A stretch of 64,000 bases of DNA from Paraspadella gotoi (taxonomy: Eukaryota; Animalia; Chaetognatha): NCBI GenBank assembly GCA_051294375.1, contig CM119270.1, positions 10,932,969 to 10,996,968 on the forward strand, in the 5' to 3' direction. Each line of letters starts with the position of its first letter. Position 1 is the first letter of the stretch. This document shows, piece by piece, positions 1 to 13,800 of this stretch. The notes beneath the pieces were generated by a model. It saw only the letters and a program-made list of their open reading frames with translations, made no database searches and was not told the origin of the DNA. Position numbers and translations under genes: made by a program.

Positions 1-744
1 TAAAATGTTTTAGTCAAAGGAAAAAATACATTTTATGCCGGAAAAAGCCTTGACTAAACTAATTATCGGTTTTATTTCACTCTCCTCAGCAAGAAAACGA
101 AAGGAAACTAAAAACAAAATTCAAACAAAACAAAAAACCCTTAGAAAAACAAATCTCAGATTAAAAGAAAAGAAAAAACGAAGGGACGACGACCGATATA
201 TATTTTTTTTTAAATTTATTATTTTTTTTTTATATTATTATTTTAGTTTTTTTTTTTTTTTTTTGCAAAATGTGGTAAAAAGTGTTAAGTCGATGGAAGC
301 GGAGAGAATGGAATTGGGTTAAGTCATTTCTTCTCTCTCTCTCTCTCTCTCTTCCTCTCTATCTCTCTCTCTCTCTCATCTCTCTCTCATCTCTCTCTCT
401 CTCTCTTCTTTCTTCTTACTTTCTCTACCGATATTTGTTCGTGGAATGTTTAGCATCTTGGATATGTTAAGAATTGACTTTCCGTGCTGAAACAAAGATT
501 ATTTTTGACTTAAGATCATTTTTTTATGATATAAGAAAAACTATCTTTTTTTTTAGATCTAAAAAAATATTGTGAACTGAAAAACATATAACAAAAAAGA
601 AAAAGTAAAACAAGAAAGAAAAAACGCAAGAGAAAAGAAGGAAAGCAGAAGAAAGAGAAGAAAGAAAGAAAGGAAAGAAAGAAAGAAAAGAAAGAAAGAA
701 GAAAGAAAAAGAAAGAAGATTTCGCAATGGCAAGAGGAGAGAAG

Positions 745-772
745 AGAAGAGAGAGGGAGAGAGAGAGAGAGA

Positions 773-846
<74 letters not shown>

Positions 847-885
847 GAGACAGAAACTGAGCCGAGAGAGAGACAGAGAGAAAGA
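745..885. repeat. (GA)n microsatellite (representative of dozens of GA/TC tracts in the window)
   Basis: Direct inspection. Confidence 0.95.
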
Positions 886-1828
886 GATTCCGTGAGTTTA
901 AAAGGTGAAGGCGGATCGACGGTCGTCGACGCCAAACGTGAGAAAACCGGAGACACGATGCTCTTTCGTCTTTTCTCCGTCGTCAGCCCTCGATGCTACG
1001 ATTACGGCATCTTTAAATTTTTATGCCGTCGATGCCCCAGTATAGCATCGAATGCTTTTTTTTTGCCGTTAAATGGCTGTAATATAGAAGGCTTTTAACG
1101 TTTAGTAAAATATGACTATCGGTCATTTTTTAGCTCCTCTTGCAGCCCTGGCACGGGTTCAACGCTTGGAACCATGATTGGGCGGTAACTAGCTTGGTGT
1201 TTAACCAGTGGATATGAGCTGGAGAATTTAGTCAAAGAGCCATCAGGTCAGTACTGGAAAGACAAGGTCTCTTAATGGGCAGAATCCTGGAAAATGCCCG
1301 CTCAATGCGTTCATTTTTTTTAACAAAGTTTTGAAACTTAGTATTAGAATGAGATTGCCTTGTCGCGAGGTAGTACTGGGTCATCCCGAGGTCAATCGGC
1401 CATTATTTTATTATTTTCTTTCAAACCGCAAAAATTTTCCTTCATCGAATAATGATATTTAATGACACTTAACAAATTGGTGAAAAACCAAGATTGATTT
1501 GATTTGTTTGAATTTGTTTGAATTTAAGTCCAAAGGTTAAAAATCGGACTTTTGAGATTTCGTTTCGGGTTTTGTTGACTTTTCCCTCTTTTTTTTCTTC
1601 GAGTTCAAAGAATCTTTCCTTTTTTATTTAAACTTATCGAATTTTTAGAAACATTTTATCTTTTTTTTTTATCATTTATTATTCAGAACAGTTTTAAATC
1701 AAGGCAATCATGTGGAGCACTTTGATGAAAATTAGTGAAAAGGAATTTATTATTGGATTTGGTTAGACAAGGTTAAAAGACAAAGCAAGAAAATGTTTTG
1801 CAAGTGGCTGCGCCGATACATGTAAATC

Positions 1829-2254
1829 GGTTCCATTGGGATTCCTCCCACACAGGATTTCTCCCCACGGATTTCCTTCCACTCGGGATATTTCCCACGG
1901 GGGATTCTTCCCTCACAGGATCTCTCCCCAAGGAATTCCTCCCCATGGAATTGCTCCCACACGGGATTCCTCCCTATGAAATTCCTCCCACATCGGATTC
2001 CTCGCACACGTAGGAGGAATCCCGTGTGGGAGGAATCCCATCTAGGAGGAATCCCATGTGGGAGGAATCCTGTGTGGGAAGAATCTCGCATGGGAGGAAT
2101 CCCGCGTAGGAGGAATTCCTTGGGGCGGAATCCCGTGTGGGAGGAATCCCGCGGAGATGAATCCCGAGTGGGAGCAATCCCGCGTGGGAGGAATCCTATG
2201 GGGAGGAATCCCGTATGGGAGGAATGCCGTGTGAGAGAAATGCAGTTGGGAGGA
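1829..2254. mobile_element. Foldback-like non-autonomous element built from head-to-head arrays of a ~16-bp unit
   Basis: About 10 copies of GGGATTCCTCCCACAC-like units (1838-2010), then about 15 reverse-complement copies (GTGTGGGAGGAATCCC, 2010-2256). The 9-mer ATGTAAATC occurs at both flanks (1820-1828, 2255-2263). Confidence 0.6.
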
Positions 2255-3170
2255 ATGTAAATCACTTTTAAGGGCTTAAACTGAACTGTTACTGCGGCAC
2301 AAATAATATTTTACTGCTTGCAAAAATATTTTATAAATCAAAATAATTTTTTTTTGTTTTGATATAATATATATGATTAAAATGCTTTAATCAATACATA
2401 AAATAGGAAATAAAATAAAATAAAATAGCATAAGACATAAACATTATTAAATATATCAAAACAACTTTTTGAAATAAATAATTTTTTTTTAAAATTGCTA
2501 TTTTTGTTGAAGAGCAGGTGCAAGTTAAGATCTAGTGGGTGCAGATAAAGTTTATTTTGAATGTCCCTTTGTCTTACAAATAGCTTCCCTCTTTGTATAG
2601 CCCTCTAGTAAAATAGGGTAAAATAAAAATAAATTAATGAGACTGTTCTTTTGTTTTAGAAAAAAAAAATAAAACCTCTGGTGGATATACTTAAACTAAA
2701 TTTTATTGTTTTTTTGTTTTTTAAAATGCTCTTTTGTTTGTACCGCCCTCTGGTTTATTAAGACTAAAACGTAAAAATTTGCTATTTTGTATAAAGCAAT
2801 ACAAGTAAAGATCTCGTGCGTGCAGACAGAGGAGCAAATTTCTATAGAAAATAAAGGGAAAATGCTCATAGTAAAAAAGTAAGAAACAAATCCTCCTAGT
2901 AGGAAGAAAAATTTATATAGATAGAAAAAAAAATTTGAAAAAAAAATTGTACAATGTCAGTGATTTACAATATATCGGTAAAAATATAGATTTTTTCAAT
3001 TTTTTGCAATTATGTCTTTCTGAATCGCGTTCAAGGATGGTTATAAAATATAAATAATAATTGCTAATTTTTAAGTTATAAGTTAGAAGAGTTTGAAATG
3101 AATTTTCAACAACGATTTAATTTTTAATTTTTTATACCACAAAGTTATAAGTTATAAATAGAGTTCTCGC

Positions 3171-3229
<59 letters not shown>

Positions 3230-3785
3230 TCTTTGCCCATGTTTTGTTAGACCGAGTTTTGTCTTCCGGGCGACTTTTAATCTGATTTATAGGCCCCGAA
3301 AAAATACTGCTGCTGATTTGTGCAGGCCGCTGCCGCAACCGACGCTGCAGCAGTTTCTTTCGATGTCACCCCGGATGTAGTTCGGGCAATGGAAATGTGA
3401 AATTAGACGTTCCATGTTTGAAAATTTATGCTGTAAACTTAAATTATATTTGAATTGTGCTTGAATTGGTTCATCAGATTTGTTAATAATTGTTCTTTAA
3501 ATTTAGTTTATTTATCCTGGCATATCCAAAGGCCTCGTTTTTTCTTATAATATTTTAATTATTTTATTCTATATTACGTTACATCTCGTGCACGAACAAG
3601 AATCTGCTGTTCTCTTTTTCTGTCTCAAAATTTTTCTCTTTTTTTCTCCAGTTCGATTTTCCCATTATTAACATCTTTTGCCACCTTGGAGAGAGTGGTT
3701 TCAACTTAAACTCAAAAATAAATACGAATAAGATGTTGCTCTCTCGCGGGATGAGTTCAGTGGAGAGAGAGAGAGAAGAGAGAGG

Positions 3786-3821
<36 letters not shown>

Positions 3822-3832
3822 AGAAGAGAGAG

Positions 3833-3872
<40 letters not shown>

Positions 3873-4288
3873 AGTATAAATGATCCCATTGTATGTTCGT
3901 ATCGGTTACCATAAAAAAGACTTAGGGTGAATTCTAAACGAGTAACATCTTTGTTTATATTTATTTGTTACTCTCTCCGCCATTATAGTTCCCTATCCAT
4001 TCGTTTCTAGTCCCCCCAAAGTTTTCAATATTTTGAATTTAATAAGCGATCAAAGCGGAAGGTCTCGCGGCGTTGATTTCTGCTGGGGAAGAAAAAGAAG
4101 AAAAGAGAAAGAAGCCCCGATGAAAGGCGGGGAAACAATGAAAGACAGATTCGTTCTCTCGTTTACAAAATGTTGTGCCGATGCATCTTTTATTGAAAAG
4201 CATAAAATTAAAGTCTAAAGCGATTCTTTTACTTGAATAAAGACTACCTGGCTTTGCCTTTCTGTCTTTCTGTCTGTCTGTCTTCCCC

Positions 4289-4388
<100 letters not shown>

Positions 4389-5937
4389 GTCGTTTAATTC
4401 TCACTCTCTCTCCCCCGCAAACTGTCCCCAGGGGTCGTGAGACGGGAGACGTTTTGGTGGTTTTAACCCCATTTAAGATTTCTGGGCCCGCGTAAAATGA
4501 GGACGACGACGTCGAGGACGAAGATGAGTACAGAGACGACGACGATAACTATGACGATGACGACAACGACGACTACGATGACGACGGCGACGACGACGAC
4601 AATTCTATCAAAAATGTCAGGAATTAAGAAAGTTCATAAGAAATATATACGGTAATAGTCAGAGAATTAATGAGCATTAAAGAGAAAGAAGCTGATAATG
4701 ACGACGAAACAACAACAACAACAACACTTTTTAAAACAAAGAAGGAGAAATACGGACGACAACAGCCTTGAGAAATCACGTTATTCTGCTCAGAACTGAA
4801 AACAAATATTTATAATACATACGTAGACATGAAAAAAAAAATTGAGTTGTAGTTCAATGCCGAAACTGAAAACGACAATAATAACGACGATGACAACGAC
4901 GACGTCAGCTCGACGATGAGGTCCTTTGTTGCTCGGCGCAGGGGACCCACAGGAACAACTCTTCCGTCCCATTTGCGACCGCAGCCGCAGAGGGGCGCGC
5001 GTCTTGGGCCTCTCTCTCTCTCTCTTTGTCTCTCTCTCTCTCTCTCTCTNNNNNNNNNNNNNNNNNNNNNNNNNNNNNNNNNNNNNNNNNNNNNNNNNNN
5101 NNNNNNNNNNNNNNNNNNNNNNNNNNNNNNNNNNNNNNNNNNNNNNNNNNNNNNNNNNNNNNNNNNNNNNNNNNNNNNNNNNNNNNNNNNNNNNNNNNNN
5201 NNNNNNNNNNNNNNNNNNNNNNNNNNNNNNNNNNNNNNNNNNNNNNNNNNNNNNNTCCAATAAACACAATGTCTGTCGTCTCGTCGAAAAGTAACAAAGA
5301 TAATATTGATATAAAATGTAGCTAATTTTAGTAAAAAACTTTCATCTTTGAGTGAAACTTCTACATTTAAATATTTTCGTAAAAAAGTTTTTTTTTCTTT
5401 TTCGCACCCTCGAAAGTATTTTTTTTTACCCTCGTCAGGTTTTCATCCCCCATTAGATGCTCATTACCTTCGTCTCTTCCTTTCTTTCCTCTTTTTTTTC
5501 TTTTTTTTTCTTTTGGTTTCTTTTTTTCTTTCCTGTTCGCCAAGACGATTTCTAAAAGTAAAACTCGTTTATGAATCTGTTCTTCTTACATTTTTAACTA
5601 CTTTTTCCTCTTTTTCCTCTTTTTCCTCTTTTTTCCTTCTTATCTTCTTCTTTTTCTTCATCTTCCTTCCCTTTGATCCCCCATGGCTTTTCCTCCTCTC
5701 CCTCCCTCCTCTTCCTCCCACCTCCTTCCTCCTTATTGCTCCTCTTCCCGTCCCTCCCATCTGCGCCTGTGTTGCTCCAATGCCCCGGTGACTTCTTTCC
5801 CCCGATTCGAAGCCACAATAACTTTTCACATACTTAGCGATATTTATATCCACTTGAGGGAGTCCTCTGCGTTTGAGGCCTTCAAAGAGGGGCGGTTCAA
5901 CCTCCTTGATTTTCCATTAACTCTTTTCGTTCTTTTC

Positions 5938-5940
<3 letters not shown>

Positions 5941-5994
<54 letters not shown>

Positions 5995-5995
5995 T

Positions 5996-6063
<68 letters not shown>
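5941..6063. repeat. (TTTC)n microsatellite
   Basis: Direct inspection. Confidence 0.95.
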
Positions 6064-8731
6064 TGTATTTCCATCTTCCTCAAAAAACGGAAGAGTTACC
6101 ATCAAAGCACAACAAAAAATCATTTCTCAACCTGACAAAATGACAGCGACAGTGATATCCAATGTCAGATCAGTCGCAACCCAATCTGACGTGAATTTAA
6201 AACCGGCGCCATTTTATTTATGCGTCTTACTTGCGGTGCCACCAATCTGAGTCTCATATGGAACAACAACGACGACGACGACGACGAAGACGACCACCGG
6301 AGGAGCATAACGTAATTCCGTNNNNNNNNNNNNNNNNNNNNNNNNNNNNNNNNNNNNNNNNNNNNNNNNNNNNNNNNNNNNNNNNNNNNNNNNNNNNNNN
6401 NNNNNNNNNNNNNNNNNNNNNNNNNNNNNNNNNNNNNNNNNNNNNNNNNNNNNNNNNNNNNNNNNNNNNNNNNNNNNNNNNNNNNNNNNNNNNNNNNNNN
6501 NNNNNNNNNNNNNNNNNNNNNNNNNNNNNNNNNNNNNNNNNNNNNNNNNNNNNNNNNNNNNNNNNNNNNNNNNNNNNNNNNNNNNNNNNNNNNNNNNNNN
6601 NNNNNNNNNNNNNNNNNNNNNNNNNNNNNNNNNNNNNNNNNNNNNNNNNNNNNCACGTTTCTCTCTCTTTTCTCTTTTTTTTCCCCGCTTTTGTTTCTGT
6701 CTATGTCGCTATCTCTATCTCTCTCTCTCTCTCTAACTCTCTCTTAGTTTCGTCTTCATTGTTTGTTTTCGTATTTTAGATTTTCGTCATCGTAGTTCAC
6801 GGGTATTCATTCTTTATTCGAAGTCAACACATTCTCACAAATTTATGTTTCTTCCTCTCTTTAACCGCAAAACAATTTTTTTGGTAAATCATGGTCTCGG
6901 GCTGATCTCATCTCCCACTCACGACAGTCCACACAAAATACCCATCCCCATCAATTCATTTTTTTTATCGCGCCTGTTCCTTTACAATCCTCACCCATCC
7001 CAATCCCCACCCATCACAGTCCCCACCCACAAAGCCGCTTTCCTTTCAACCTNNNNNNNNNNNNNNNNNNNNNNNNNNNNNNNNNNNNNNNNNNNNNNNN
7101 NNNNNNNNNNNNNNNNNNNNNNNNNNNNNNNNNNNNNNNNNNNNNNNNNNNNNNNNNNNNNNNNNNNNNNNNNNNNNNNNNNNNNNNNNNNNNNNNNNNN
7201 NTTTTATTTTTTCCCTCCTGATTACAATCAGAATCCAGTAGGCTCCTCCCCCTTTTTCTTTCGTCTTCTTCATCATCGTCCTTTTCGATGCCCTGTTCTC
7301 TTTGTTGTCTTCCCACTCTACACGCTCTTCCCTCTTTACTTTTTCTCATCACGAAATCCCTTACTTACTTTACAAAGACCGCTTTTAAATGAGACCTCGT
7401 TCTTTTACCCCACCTCTTTCATTTGACTTAAACTTTGACCAACCCCACTCAACCCCGATCTACTTACCTTTCTAATCTCTGNNNNNNNNNNNNNNNNNNN
7501 NNNNNNNNNNNNNNNNNNNNNNNNNNNNNNNNNNNNNNNNNNNNNNNNNNNNNNNNNNNNNNNNNNNNNNNNNNNNNNNNNNNNNNNNNNNNNNNNNNNN
7601 NNGGAGTGAGGTGAGCGTGAGGTGGGGAAGGTGGAATCGAGGTAAGGTAGTTTTGAGAGGGTGAGGTAGACGATGGAGTCTGGGTCAACACCCACGAAGA
7701 AAACTTATGAGAAGAGGGTAGTAAGGGAGAGGGGGAGTAAGGTTTCCAAAAAAAAGAGGAGATAATTAGAGAGAAAACGTGAGGGCAAGAGGGCAAGAGG
7801 TTAAGTGGTGTAGATCTAACCGACACGAGAGAGAAAAAAGCGGGCAAGGTAGACGGAGAGGGCAAGAATCTCCTTTCGAACGCGTGCTCGCGCCGGGCAA
7901 GCCTCGAGGGCATTCCGCGTCCGAGCTCATTCGTTCTTTCCTAGTACAGCGGGGACCGTTTCGATACCAAAGAATTTCTGAAATCGTCTCATTTCTAGAG
8001 AGCTTTTTATATTTCCGAAAATACAGTAATTCATTTGCAAGAAAGTGCTGTGAATTTCAGATTCCCGATGGATTCGTGGAAAGGCTGAATAACATTCTCA
8101 ACGTCTTCCTCGAATGATCGTTTTAGAGAATCTCCAATGTGTTCGGCTTTATTTACTTTTTCGAACGTTTTTAAAATCTTTTTTTTTNNNNNNNNNNNNN
8201 NNNNNNNNNNNNNNNNNNNNNNNNNNNNNNNNNNNNNNNNNNNNNNNNNNNNNNNNNNNNNNNNNNNNNNNNNNNNNNNNNNNNNNNNNNNNNNNNNNNN
8301 NNNNNNNNNNNNNNNNNNNNNNNNNNNNNNNNNNNNNNNNNNNNNNNNNNNNNNNNNNNNNNNNNNNNNNNNNNNNNNNNNNNNAATTAATTTGCCGAAG
8401 TCAAAATAAATGAGAGTTGAATCTGGGCATCGATCGACTGATTAATAATATAAGCCTCGCGAAATTCGTTTAGAGCGCAGAGTAAATATTCCAATGTTAA
8501 AATAGTAAATCATTCTTGGGTGCTAATNNNNNNNNNNNNNNNNNNNNNNNNNNNNNNNNNNNNNNNNNNNNNNNNNNNNNNNNNNNNNNNNNNNNNNNNN
8601 NNNNNNNNNNNNNNNNNNNNNNNNNAACGTTTTTAAATTTGTTAGTTCGTTTTGTTTTAGATCAAACTTGGCATAACGTTGCTTGGACGATATAATAGAT
8701 TCATTTATGATTCAAATCTATTCTATTAATT

Positions 8732-8925
8732 AATTAATTAATTCATTCATTCATTCATTCATTCATTCATTCATTCATTCATTCATTCATTCATTCAATC
8801 ATTCATTCATTTAATCATTCAATCATTCATTCATTTATTCATTCATTTAATCATTCATTCATTTAATCATTCATTCATTCAGTCATTCATTCATTTAATC
8901 ATTCATTCATTTATTCATTCATGCA
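8732..8925. repeat. (CATT)n microsatellite
   Basis: Direct inspection. Confidence 0.95.
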
Positions 8926-9191
8926 TTCAATTGTTTATTTAATTTTTCATTCGTTCATAGTTTTTCTTTAACTCCATTTGCTCTTCTTTCATCTACTCCA
9001 ACCCATTTTCTTTTTTCTTCCTCTCTTAAACTTGTCACCCTCTCTTTCCAGTTCGTTGTTCGTTTTATAGACTTCTATCACCGCTCGTCTCCCCCTCCTC
9101 CTCCCTTTATCTCTTCCTCCGAAAACGGGTCTCTTGGCATTTTAGTCAAAAATTTTTGAAGGTCGTTTTTTGGTCGTCGTCGTCGTCGTCC

Positions 9192-9223
<32 letters not shown>

Positions 9224-9700
9224 GGTGCTGTTTCGACATCGCGGATTTTGTGTCACTGTCAGACTGATTCATTTGTCTCTCGTTCTTAAAGAGACAAGGG
9301 TGGGTTAAAGGGTGAGTAAAACAACCGAGGATGTCAAGAACGATTTTATGGAATCGAATCGCTCGTTTAGTTTTTCCTTTTGTCTGAAGATTGTCTGAAG
9401 ATTCCTGACATTTTTTTTTGTTTATAGTTTTTTTTATGTTTTGTTTATCAACGTGGATCAAATATAAAATTTAGAACAAATATGGATGTAACCGAGTATG
9501 GTTCATTGCGTATGAAAATAAGAATTGGAAGTATTTCGTCTGACAAAAAAATTAAATGTATTTTAGCATTGAAGAAAACAAGTGGAAAAAAACATGAATT
9601 AGTATTTAAAAGAAGCCAAAAAAAAGGATAAAGAAAAAGAGAAACTTTTACCGCCTAAAAGCAAATCTCTAAGAAGAAGATTTTTTTGGGAAAAAAAAGA

Positions 9701-9787
<87 letters not shown>

Positions 9788-10050
9788 CTCTCTCTCCCCC
9801 NNNNNNNNNNNNNNNNNNNNNNNNNNNNNNNNNNNNNNNNNNNNNTCTCTCCCTCAGGCGCCACCGAAGTCGAAGGGGCGCCAGTGCAAAAGATACTTAC
9901 CTCGAAACTCACCTCAAAAATCGCCTCGCTCTCCCTTGCGAACTTTTAACTCTGGCAACGAGGAAAGAAGGAAGAGAAAGTCGGATAGAAAGCTTCAGAG
10001 AAAAAAAATACAAGATAGAAAGAAAGAATTGAAAAAGAAAGAAGGGACTA

Positions 10051-10150
<100 letters not shown>

Positions 10151-10650
10151 AGTTGGATAAAACGAAAGAATGAAAGTTTTGGTAAAGTCGAAAACGTTTC
10201 AGGCGCCATGGTTGCTTGATGCTGAGAAAACAAATTTCGTTCAAAGAATGTAGTAACCCAAATACATAGAACTATTTAACAAATAATAATTTATTGTCTG
10301 AAAGATAAAAGTGTATTAAGAAGGAAAAAAGATATAATGAGAAAATGGAAAAAGAAAGAATGAAAAACAGAAAAAAGGGACTGAAGTGAATGTGATTTCA
10401 GGAATCCCGAAAAATCCTAAATGCGACAATCATCCGAGCCGGAAAAATCATCAAAGAGATAGAGAGAAAAGNNNNNNNNNNNNNNNNNNNNNNNNNAAGG
10501 AAGATGAGAGCACGATTCCTTCTCGTACATCTCTTCTCAACAATACCCAATATAAATCTCATCTCTTCATCCATTTTACTTAAGTACCAAGGTCTTTTGC
10601 AGTGGTTCACTCTCTGCTCTCTCTCTCTTCTCTCTAATCTCTCTCTCGTC

Positions 10651-10858
10651 TCTCTTTCTCTTCCAGCAGCCTCCGAAAATTAGGTGATAAAAATTAAAAA
10701 GAGAATAGCAATCGTCAAAAGTTACAGAATAAAAGAGAAAGAAAGAAACAAGAGAAAGAGAGATAGGAGAGAGAGGAAGAGAGATTAATTTTCCCTGACT
10801 CTTCTCTTTTATCATAATGAGTTGTTCTTTTATTTTGTTTTAAGCATCGACAATTACC
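10651..10858 (+). repeat. ~205-bp segment duplicated in inverted orientation at 23102-23307
   Basis: CTTCCAGCAGCCTCC...ATCATAATGAGTTGTTCTTTTATTTTGTTTTAAGCATCGACAATTACC is the near-identical reverse complement of 23102-23307. Confidence 0.85.
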
Positions 10859-13800
10859 TCCGTCCAGAAATTACTATATCTTGGTTTTACGTAATCATAA
10901 GATGTTTTAGTGCAGAGAGGGAGTTATGGGCTTCAATCGGCCCGATTACAAATCGACGATGAAATTACATTGATTTTCTATCAGTCACAGTGACGTCGAG
11001 CTTCCGGCATATTAACGACACTTTCGTCTTCTTTGCGTATATAATGTCCCGCCGAATATTTTTTTTTTTCTATCGTGTCCCTTATAGTACTTTGCTTTTT
11101 GTATAGTTTTCACTTTCTATTTCAACGTTTCTCTTCTTTTATCTTTTCATTCGTTACATACCCCTGTGACTTATAGGAAGTTAAATACAATTTATACCAT
11201 TCTCTTTCTGCTCTTCTTTCTTCAAATTTTTCTCTATTATCCTCTTCTTTTCTTTACCGTCTCCAATCCCTTTCACCTCTTTTACCATTCATTGTTCTTC
11301 TCATATTGGGGCTACATCTTTGAGGTTCCCGGGTTGGGATATCCGGTGAGTAGGTGCCATAGATTGGGGGCGTAGGCAGAGTTACTTTTGTTCTGTTTCT
11401 TATCGTATTTCATGACAATTCGTCAGGTCCTTGATCAAGTCGTCTTCCGGCGATCGATTCTCCGAAGCGAAACCCGGACCATAGAGGAACTTCAACACAA
11501 CAATGTGAATTTTTTTTTGATCTTGGATTACATCGTTTTTTATAATTCGAATTATAGAATGCAGTCATATATAAATGAAAAAAACCAAAAACCAATAAAT
11601 ATCATCCTTTCTCCTTCATCGAAATTCATATCATCTTTTCTCCCCTCACACAGTTCATTAAGGTCTGTGCCAGTAAATAGCAACATGGGAAAGTTCAGCT
11701 CTGTTCTCGGCCCATTCGAGAGTCCAGGGGATGAAAGCGGGAGATGTTGGCCTAATTGTTTTCTGTATCGTTTCAATTTCGTAATCACTTTTTTCAGGAA
11801 TTTGTTTTCGAGAGATAAGAAATGTCGTCCGATATTTACGTTGCGGGTTTTGAAGTTCAAAACTAGCGATCTCCTGTTTATTTTCTGCCTATGATTTTGT
11901 AAACGCATCAAGATGTGACTCTCGTTAGAAGTGAAGGACGTCGCCTCCTCTCCCCATGACTTTTACATAATGAAGATCCTCCTTTACTCGTATTTCATCT
12001 CCCTCTTATCCCTTTAAAGATTTCTCTTTCTTTTCTTGTGACGCCCCGCACTCAGTCTTCAGGACGCGTAAAAATATAAACGAGTCGCAGCGCGCGGAAG
12101 GCCCGGTGAGCCGCGATTTAGAAAATGGATAGGAAAATCAATAAGATTTGTTGGCGAACCTTAGGGAAAAGATATTAAAAGAAAACAGATATAAGCGTAT
12201 GATTAAAATAAATTTGAAAAAAAAGGGGAAAGGAATACTTTAAATGTAATAGTTCTAGGAAGTCTGCGCAATAAGTAAAGCTGAAAAGACGGCCTAAGGA
12301 AATGGAATAAGTATATTAGAAATTGAGAATAAAAGTATCCAAGAATAATATCTATGATTTTAAAATTTTATTTAACGGGCCGCTGAATTTGCACGTCGTT
12401 CGTACCAAAGTGTGCAGTATTCGATCCCGACAGAAGTTAGGAGGTAATGACCGTTTGAATTAATGTAAAATGAGAGAAACAGACGATACCATTCGTTGAA
12501 ATCGCCCCCAACAAAGAAACAGATATCACTTAACTGACAATTCATCTAATTCGTGTACTGAATATATATTTTGAATCAGCCATTCACCACCACCAAATCC
12601 ACCATCAGGAAACAAATCGACGCGGCCCGTCATAGGACAATCAAGTCTCCTGTCCTCGAGCGAACCAACCGCACAACCAAGCGGCCTTTTGCCGGGCGAG
12701 GACGGACAATCTGCCCAAAGACCATAAGCAGTCACAATTCATCAAGATGCTGAGCGGCAAAATCATCCAAGTCCATTCGTTTCCAGTTCGATTTAAGAGG
12801 AAGAATTCCCTGACAAACAAAATGGTTTTATTTAGATAAGATAAGTCTTGCCAGAAGCCAGGATTAATCAATCTATAAGTGAATCAACCATTACGTATTG
12901 TCATACTCAACAAAAACGTTTTATTTCCTCTTACCCGTACAGTAAGTTGATCTTCAGAGAGAAATATATATATGAATGATTGAATTTTTAGACTCACCAA
13001 AAAGAATAAAAAGAAAACAATATATTAAACTTCGTAATTATTTTCTTTATCAGTCAAACTTTTATCGAATTCCAAAGCCTTCGTCCCTCACCCACCGATA
13101 TCCAATACAACTCTGTCACAAGGATACAGCGGAGCGTGCTTGCTGTTCCTCGAGAACAGTTAAGTCGGTTTTAAAACATTTAAATTGTTGTTTAATCTCG
13201 CTTTGGGTTCGTGCCTCAACGCGCGTTTTATAATCATTCGTCCCTTTATAATTACTTTTACAACGAGTAATTAATGTACCACTTACCTCAGATCACTGAC
13301 TGAACCAAGTGAACACACATCCTAAGAGTGTCTTACGACTCATTACCGTTCAAGCATACCATCCGCATGTTGATTCCCCGCTCCGAGAAACGAGATGACC
13401 AGCCAGCCTCTCCGGAATAGGGTAATGCGAGGTATAAAAATTCGTCACGAGTCACTATTTTGTTTTTAAAATTATTAAAAATCAGAAAATTTTCTATAGT
13501 TGTCGATTTAAGTTTTATCTATCTAAATGTAGTTATATATCTTTTTTATTAATACAGAAGGCAGTATTAAATTAAACAAATAAATATATGGTACTACCGA
13601 ACGAACCTTATACACAAATAATTCGGGACATACATCCTCAAATATGGTTTGTAATTAGGCAATTTCATAAAGTCACATTAAACTTTCAATCTCTATCTAA
13701 TACTATCAATGAACTTGGTGCCAAAAAAATGCACAGAATACCAACGACATTCTTATCCCCTTTTCAATTTACGTTCCAAGTCCTTTCACCGAAGGCATTT

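Noticed and set aside
1750-2265. Repetitive ORFs or CRISPR-like array
   Set aside because: Degenerate tandem units without unique spacers, no cas genes, and a eukaryotic context. The ORFs arise from stop-free repeats.
12910-12960. Possible second hammerhead on the minus strand (CTGAAGAT...)
   Set aside because: The GAAA box, stem III and cleavage triplet are not properly placed.
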